This document shows positions 58,301 through 64,000 of a stretch of DNA of 64,000 bases, piece after piece. Position 1 is the first letter of the stretch; the number at the start of each line of letters is the position of its first letter. Under the pieces are notes generated by a model. The model was not told where the DNA came from and did no database searches. It saw nothing but the letters and a program-made list of their open reading frames with translations. Source of the stretch: Octopus vulgaris (taxonomy: Eukaryota); contig OX597815.1 in the NCBI GenBank assembly GCA_951406725.2, positions 149,172,001 through 149,236,000 on the forward strand, given 5' to 3'. Made by a program: the position numbers and the translations under genes.

Positions 58301-59851
58301 TATCTTATTGGAAGAAATTTCGCAGAAGTAAAATAAGAAAACAGAGAGTAAGTAATGAACTAGCTCAAATATAGATGGATCCAGTGCTACATTAAATTCC
58401 CCTCTTAAGGTCACAGTAATCGTAGGTATCGTAGATTTAATTCAATTTACGTGAAGTATGTTGATGAATGCCTGCATTTGGATTTTAAAATCAGTGAATG
58501 TCTTAATGAATAATATTTAGTATAAACTTTAATAATTTAAAGCTGGGCATTCGAAAACATACTATAGTAGTTCAAACTTTTAGCTTCAGATAGTATTTCT
58601 CGCTTTATATTTATACAACATGTTTGAATATTTGTGACTATTCCTGTGCGTATATGAGCACCTTTCTTTTCATGCGTTTGTGTGTATGTTTCTGTGTGTG
58701 CTACATAAGACATATTCTCTTTTCAGTAGTATATATTTTGCAAATTCGATTGGAGTCGAAAATTCTAAACGTAAAAGCCTTGAAATTCCTTCGGAAAATT
58801 ATTTCTTTTCTTCTACGTGCTGCTAGATCTGTTCAGCACTATCCGTCAGGCGTCCGTATTTCTATGTATAGCTCTGTGGATGAATATCTAAGCAGGTATA
58901 CACAAATTGCATTAGTTTCAGGTGTATTACTTTCTTAGGTGCTTAGGATACACATCGCTGTCTAAATATTGTTCATTGAAAATGAGTGCGCAACAGTTTA
59001 CAATTATATATTTTTCATGGTTTTTACTGGATTGTTAATAATAATTTTCTACAGCGAGCATCAATTTGTTACGCTGCAGCTGCTGACAATAGACAAAGAA
59101 TATATATTAACAATTGCATATCTGTTTTGATTAAATATATTCATTCATGTTTTATTTTTTAATGTGAATATCTTGCGTTTCTGCTGGTCGACTCGATGGA
59201 AAACTTTGTTACAATTTTTCGTTTTTAAGTATGTTTTTGTGAGCTTTTATTTTATTGTCAACGTCACTAGATTGTTGCATCCACTTGATATTTTCGCATA
59301 GAAGAGAACATGTTGTTTTGACAGAACAAAAAAAAGATTGGAATTGTAGAATTAGATTACCAGGATATGATGTCACTAAGTTTAGTAATCCAGCTTATTC
59401 TTGGATTACGAGAGAACAGTAAGTAAAAGACAAAGGAAGAAGTATAAAATATATAAGAAGGAAATAAGAGAAAATAGATACAAATGTTGCAGACATTATG
59501 GAGATAAGGAAACAAAACAAAAATCTGAATATGTCAAGAATAAATAGTGGGGATAAGAAAACAAATTGAAAGAACAATTGGTGAAAAGGAAAAGAAGACT
59601 ATAGCGAAATGAATGATCATGCAAAGAAGAACAGGAAATGGAGACGAATATAAAACAATAGAAAAATATGGAGGTAAAATAGCAACAAAGATGGTGACCA
59701 AAGACTTACAAAAGAAAAATGATATGAAATGTATCACAAATGTAAGAGAAACACATTGAGGAAATAATGGAATGAATTAGATAAATTACATGCACAGACA
59801 ATGTGAATTTGTGAAAGATGAAATACGATACATGCAGAAAGCAAAAGTAAT

Positions 59852-59935
<84 letters not shown>

Positions 59936-60815
59936 ATGTGTATGTATATATAAGTGTTAGTGATGAATGTAATATGTGGGTGAAAGTAGTATGTATTATG
60001 TTTGGGCAGAAATCTCTAGAGGATGTATGCATTTGAATTGTGCATAATGCATTGCACCACTAACTGTTGCAATGCATTCATCAAATTAATTCTATTATCC
60101 TGCATAAAGTTTACAGACAATACATCCCAGTGTTGCAGGAGTTCAAGGTGAACATATCTTAAATTTAAGATATTACACTGTTCTAACATTTACACGTGTA
60201 ATAGACCTAGGTATGAAATTATATGTAAAATTACCAGCTGAAGCTTCTTATATAATTTCAACGATTCCAAACCGTAATTGCATAAACAGTTTGCAATACA
60301 TTTAAAACTATGGCCAATCAAAAATTTAAAATATTACATTCGATTAGAGTTCAATTTATATATTACGTATGATTAGCGTTCTACATATAAGCAATTTTTG
60401 GCGTTGGAACTAGTCATCAAAGGACATTTCTTTCGACAGAATGCCAGGATGTGTAAAAAGGACAACAAAAATGGTAAGATTCAATACTGTACAGAAATAT
60501 CTCTCTGGCATTGCTCATTAAAGCCGAAGGGTTAAGAACTTATATTCGTTAATACGATTTACTTATTTCAACTCACTACATATAATCTTCTTTAAGCTTC
60601 AGTTTCTGAATATTTGTGTTGATCCATACTTGTGAGTAGAGCTAGTTGAACAGAAACTCTGTGGAGGACCGTTGGATGGTCTGAACGTGTATTATAAAAA
60701 GCCATGAAAAGGATACAAAAATAGGCGCTAATTAATTAAAAACCATATGCATATATATATATATGATTGATTGATTCTAGTTTCAGCTCACGAGCTGCGG
60801 CCATGCTGCGGCACC

Positions 60816-60850
<35 letters not shown>

Positions 60851-61107
60851 GTATGTATGTATGTATGTATGTATGTATGTATGTATGTATGTATGTATGT
60901 ATAAATGGCGTTAAACGCAGGTGTTATTCAAATACTTTAACTCCATATATTTATTTATATATATTATGCAAAATGTTTCACGTAAACCCGAAGTTTCTAC
61001 CTTTAAAACATGGAGTCACAACATTTTTACTTGTGTGATTTTTTGCTCCTCTGGTAACTATTTACATATTTTTCCGTGATAATTGTTAGCAAGGGAAAAT
61101 ACACATA

Positions 61108-62123
61108 TCTATTATTTAAAATCCTTTCTGTCTGTATGTGTGTGTGTCTACTAGGATCACGAGCATCCTGCATCCGATTGCGCTCAAATATAATATGTAG
61201 ATCCCGACGGTATCAAGAGCGTGTATAAGCCTTGAAAAAATTACAGAAATCAATTCCAGTGAGAATGCGACCGATAAAGCCATGGGAACGTGCATTTGTA
61301 CGCACAAGTACATCAGCTGTTGCAATCGATCCTACGCGTACGCGAGAAAAAGCACGTGCACATTGCGCAAAAAAAGCTGGCTGGCTAGAAATAATACCAC
61401 AAAATGCAGTATATTTAAGAGACTAAAAAAGTAAGCTGCAAAAGAGATATTTTCTTCTAACTTGAAATGAAGGAAGGAAAGTTTTATTTTTTTTTGCCTT
61501 AAATTCGTTTAACAAAACCAAAAATTGTATTGTAATAAAGGTATGCTTAATTATTTTTTGATGAAAAGAAAACACTAATTGCTTATTATTCAAGGAAGAA
61601 AAAACTATTTTCTTGCTAATAAATGATTTTTGTTCCCTTACAGCTTTAAACGTTTTCAATCATGATTGTTTGAGCTTTATTTCAAAGTGAATATATTAAA
61701 ATACTTCTATTTGCTTGCTTCTTAATCGTGCAATATTTGCATTTCCTAAACGTACACAATTAAATTACAATTGTCCAGTTTTTGTTGTTTTTCTTATGAA
61801 AATGCGATACTTTTGCAATTTTAATTATTTCTTTCCTGGCAAGCTTACTGTTTAAACCATGTTTGTATTCTCCCAGTCAACACCCTCATCATTACTGGTA
61901 GTTTAAACTCTTCGGTTGCATATTTGTGGGAACAAAATCGTTTCTCTTTGGAATAGAAAAAGTCTATCTTTATTTCTTCTTTTGCTGGTGTCTCAAATTT
62001 AGGTGAAATCAGTGTTTCTCAAAGGGGAGGCCTATGAGACGGTCGGACAAGTTGTTTTGAGAAAATTTGGTTTAAATGTTTGACACCTCAGCACCGTCCA
62101 TTGGACGGGAGGCATTTTGCTCG
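61108..62123 (+). mobile_element. Non-autonomous Helitron-like element, copy 2
   Basis: 5' A|TC at 61108; 3' hairpin CCGTCC-ATT-GGACGG at 62094-62108, 11 nt before CTCG|T (CTRR-like end); no TSD. Confidence 0.7.
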
Positions 62124-62194
62124 TCTATATATATATATAACCAAAGTGACTGAAAAAAATATTAACCAGCGCTAGACTGTATCCACTAACAACA

Positions 62195-62641
62195 GTGCCA
62201 ACAGAGCCAAAAGAGATAAAATGTGGACGTTCTAACTGTGGAACATGCCACCACCTTCTGGAAGATTCAGAATTTCACTTCAAACAAGGAGAAATATTTA
62301 AGATCAAATCAAATTTCAGCTGCGCCTCACTAAATGTAATCTATGTCATGATATGCATAGGATGTGGTAAACTCTATATTGAACAAACAGGAATTTCGCT
62401 CCGTCAAAGAATCCCCATTCAAAAAGAGCAAATCCGCCACCCACAATACAGACAGTTAAAGGTGAGTGAACACATAGAAATGTGTGCCAGGAATCGTAAT
62501 CCTAATTTCCAAATATTTCCCTTTTATCAATGTTCACAGAACACCACAATTCAACAAAGGTTGAATAAAGAGGCATTTTTCTTCAATAAATTTCTCCCCC
62601 AACTAAATATGAACACACAACTCAATACAGAACACCACTAA
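62195..62641 (+). pseudogene. GIY-YIG endonuclease domain
   Basis: CGRSNCGTC linker; C.S.NVIY...C..C...YIEQT...LRQR (YIG changed to YIE); terminal E.FF...F.PQLN. Confidence 0.82.
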
Positions 62642-62696
62642 CTCTTCAATTGAAACCACTAACCCCTATACACTTCCTACACCACTCACATCTCTA

Positions 62697-62788
62697 AATC
62701 CAGAACTACTTACCTCCCTTACAAATAATCCAGAACTACTTACCTCCCTTACAAATAATCCAGAACTACTTACCTCCCTTACAAATAA
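62697..62788. repeat. 30-bp tandem repeat x3 in the PLE 3' UTR
   Basis: Unit AATCCAGAACTACTTACCTCCCTTACAAAT. Confidence 0.92.
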
Positions 62789-63095
62789 CCTTTTTTCTCA
62801 AGAACTATTGGACTTGACACTGTGTATTGGCCGGTGTTTTCAAAGCGTTGAATAGATTCTTGCCGAAACCATGGTTCGCTTTGTTCTCTTACTTTATTAT
62901 TATCATCTTATAATCATCTCATACTAATGACTTTTATGACTCTTATTACTACCTCAGTCCATCTAAATGTATATATTAGTCATTACCTGTCATAAATAGC
63001 CTTTTTATATTTGCAATGTGCATTTTTGTTGATTTTTCATATTTTACCCTTCAATTTCCACGTGTATTTCATATCTTCTTTTGGTAACATATTTC

Positions 63096-63184
<89 letters not shown>

Positions 63185-64000
63185 CATTTATATTTGTGTA
63201 AATTTTTCCGTTTTTTCCGCCCTTGTTTTGTATACATTTGCTGCTTTCGTCCAAGGAATCTAATGCTCTTAGTTTAGATTTTCCTTGGGGCTGCCCAGAT
63301 TGGAGCAATCTCACGAATAACCAGCCGAAATTGTGAGGATAATCTGGTGCTTGACTGAGGATAGGGGGCTTCGAATGACTCGTCCTTGTTTTCTTTGTAT
63401 CTTCTATCTGGCTGTTTTGTTGTCCCTTTTTGTATCACCTATCTGTTTTGCGTTCTTGTCCCGTGTTGTATTCTATATATAGAAACCATGAAAATGGAAA
63501 AATCTACAAATAAACAATATAATTGTACCTAAAGAGATTCTCAAGAAGGAATAGAAATTATCATTAAAATTAAGATAATATAGTGTAAAATAAAGCAACT
63601 TTAAAAATATATAATTCAAGCAAAGTTGAAATAACTTGAAGTAAAGAAATGGTTTTAAATATTGTAACTATAGATTGAAAACAATGTTATTTCATAATAT
63701 AATTTCTACTATCATGATAATTTATGACCTCATGCCCCAATATGCTTATCATTTCCGGTGTACAAATGAGACAATCCTTACTTTTCACTTAGAATTATTT
63801 AGCACTCATTAATATTAACTATTGTGACTATAAACTATTAACTTCAATTTCATATTAAATATGTGTTGAGTGAGACAACTGGAATTCTTATACTTTATAT
63901 CAGAGAACGTATGGCAATTTTTTAAATTACAGTAGATAGTTTTCTCTCGCATAATGTTAACAATTTTATCAACTTCGATATGCCTAGCGGCATTTCGTCT

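Larger units (their letters stand above)
62140..63477 (+). mobile_element. 5'-truncated Penelope-like element (Neptune-like)
   Basis: GIY-YIG ORF followed by a long 3' region related to 21650-22420; begins and ends in TA runs. Confidence 0.75.

Noticed and set aside
62697-62788. CRISPR-like array
   Set aside because: Head-to-tail 30-bp repeats without spacers, in a eukaryotic context.

Overview
AT-rich, microsatellite-dense eukaryotic DNA with no recognisable host protein-coding gene. The SINE families resemble repeats I recall from Octopus (coleoid cephalopod), so the window is probably intronic or intergenic octopus sequence (inference). Nearly all interpretable sequence is transposon-derived. 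(1) At least 13 copies from about 5 families of R4/Dong-type non-LTR retrotransposons (RT + CCHC knuckle + restriction-like endonuclease) sit strand-specifically in (TAA)n tracts, forming a ~20 kb pile-up at 24.2-43.8 kb that includes one full-length decayed copy. (2) Penelope-like elements (PLEs; Naiad-like and Neptune-like GIY-YIG remnants, pseudo-LTR fragments) sit in (TA)n tracts, and several carry recognisable minimal hammerhead ribozymes. (3) tRNA-derived SINEs have modular tails, one shared with an RTE LINE 3' end. (4) There are two non-autonomous Helitron-like elements. The most unusual object is a tRNA-headed SINE whose tail carries a Penelope-type minimal hammerhead consensus and which is inserted with a PLE-like inverted partial copy between 12-bp target-site duplications (47259-47773). 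Most short ORFs in the supplied track are microsatellite artefacts. All alignments and folds were done by eye; boundaries are approximate.
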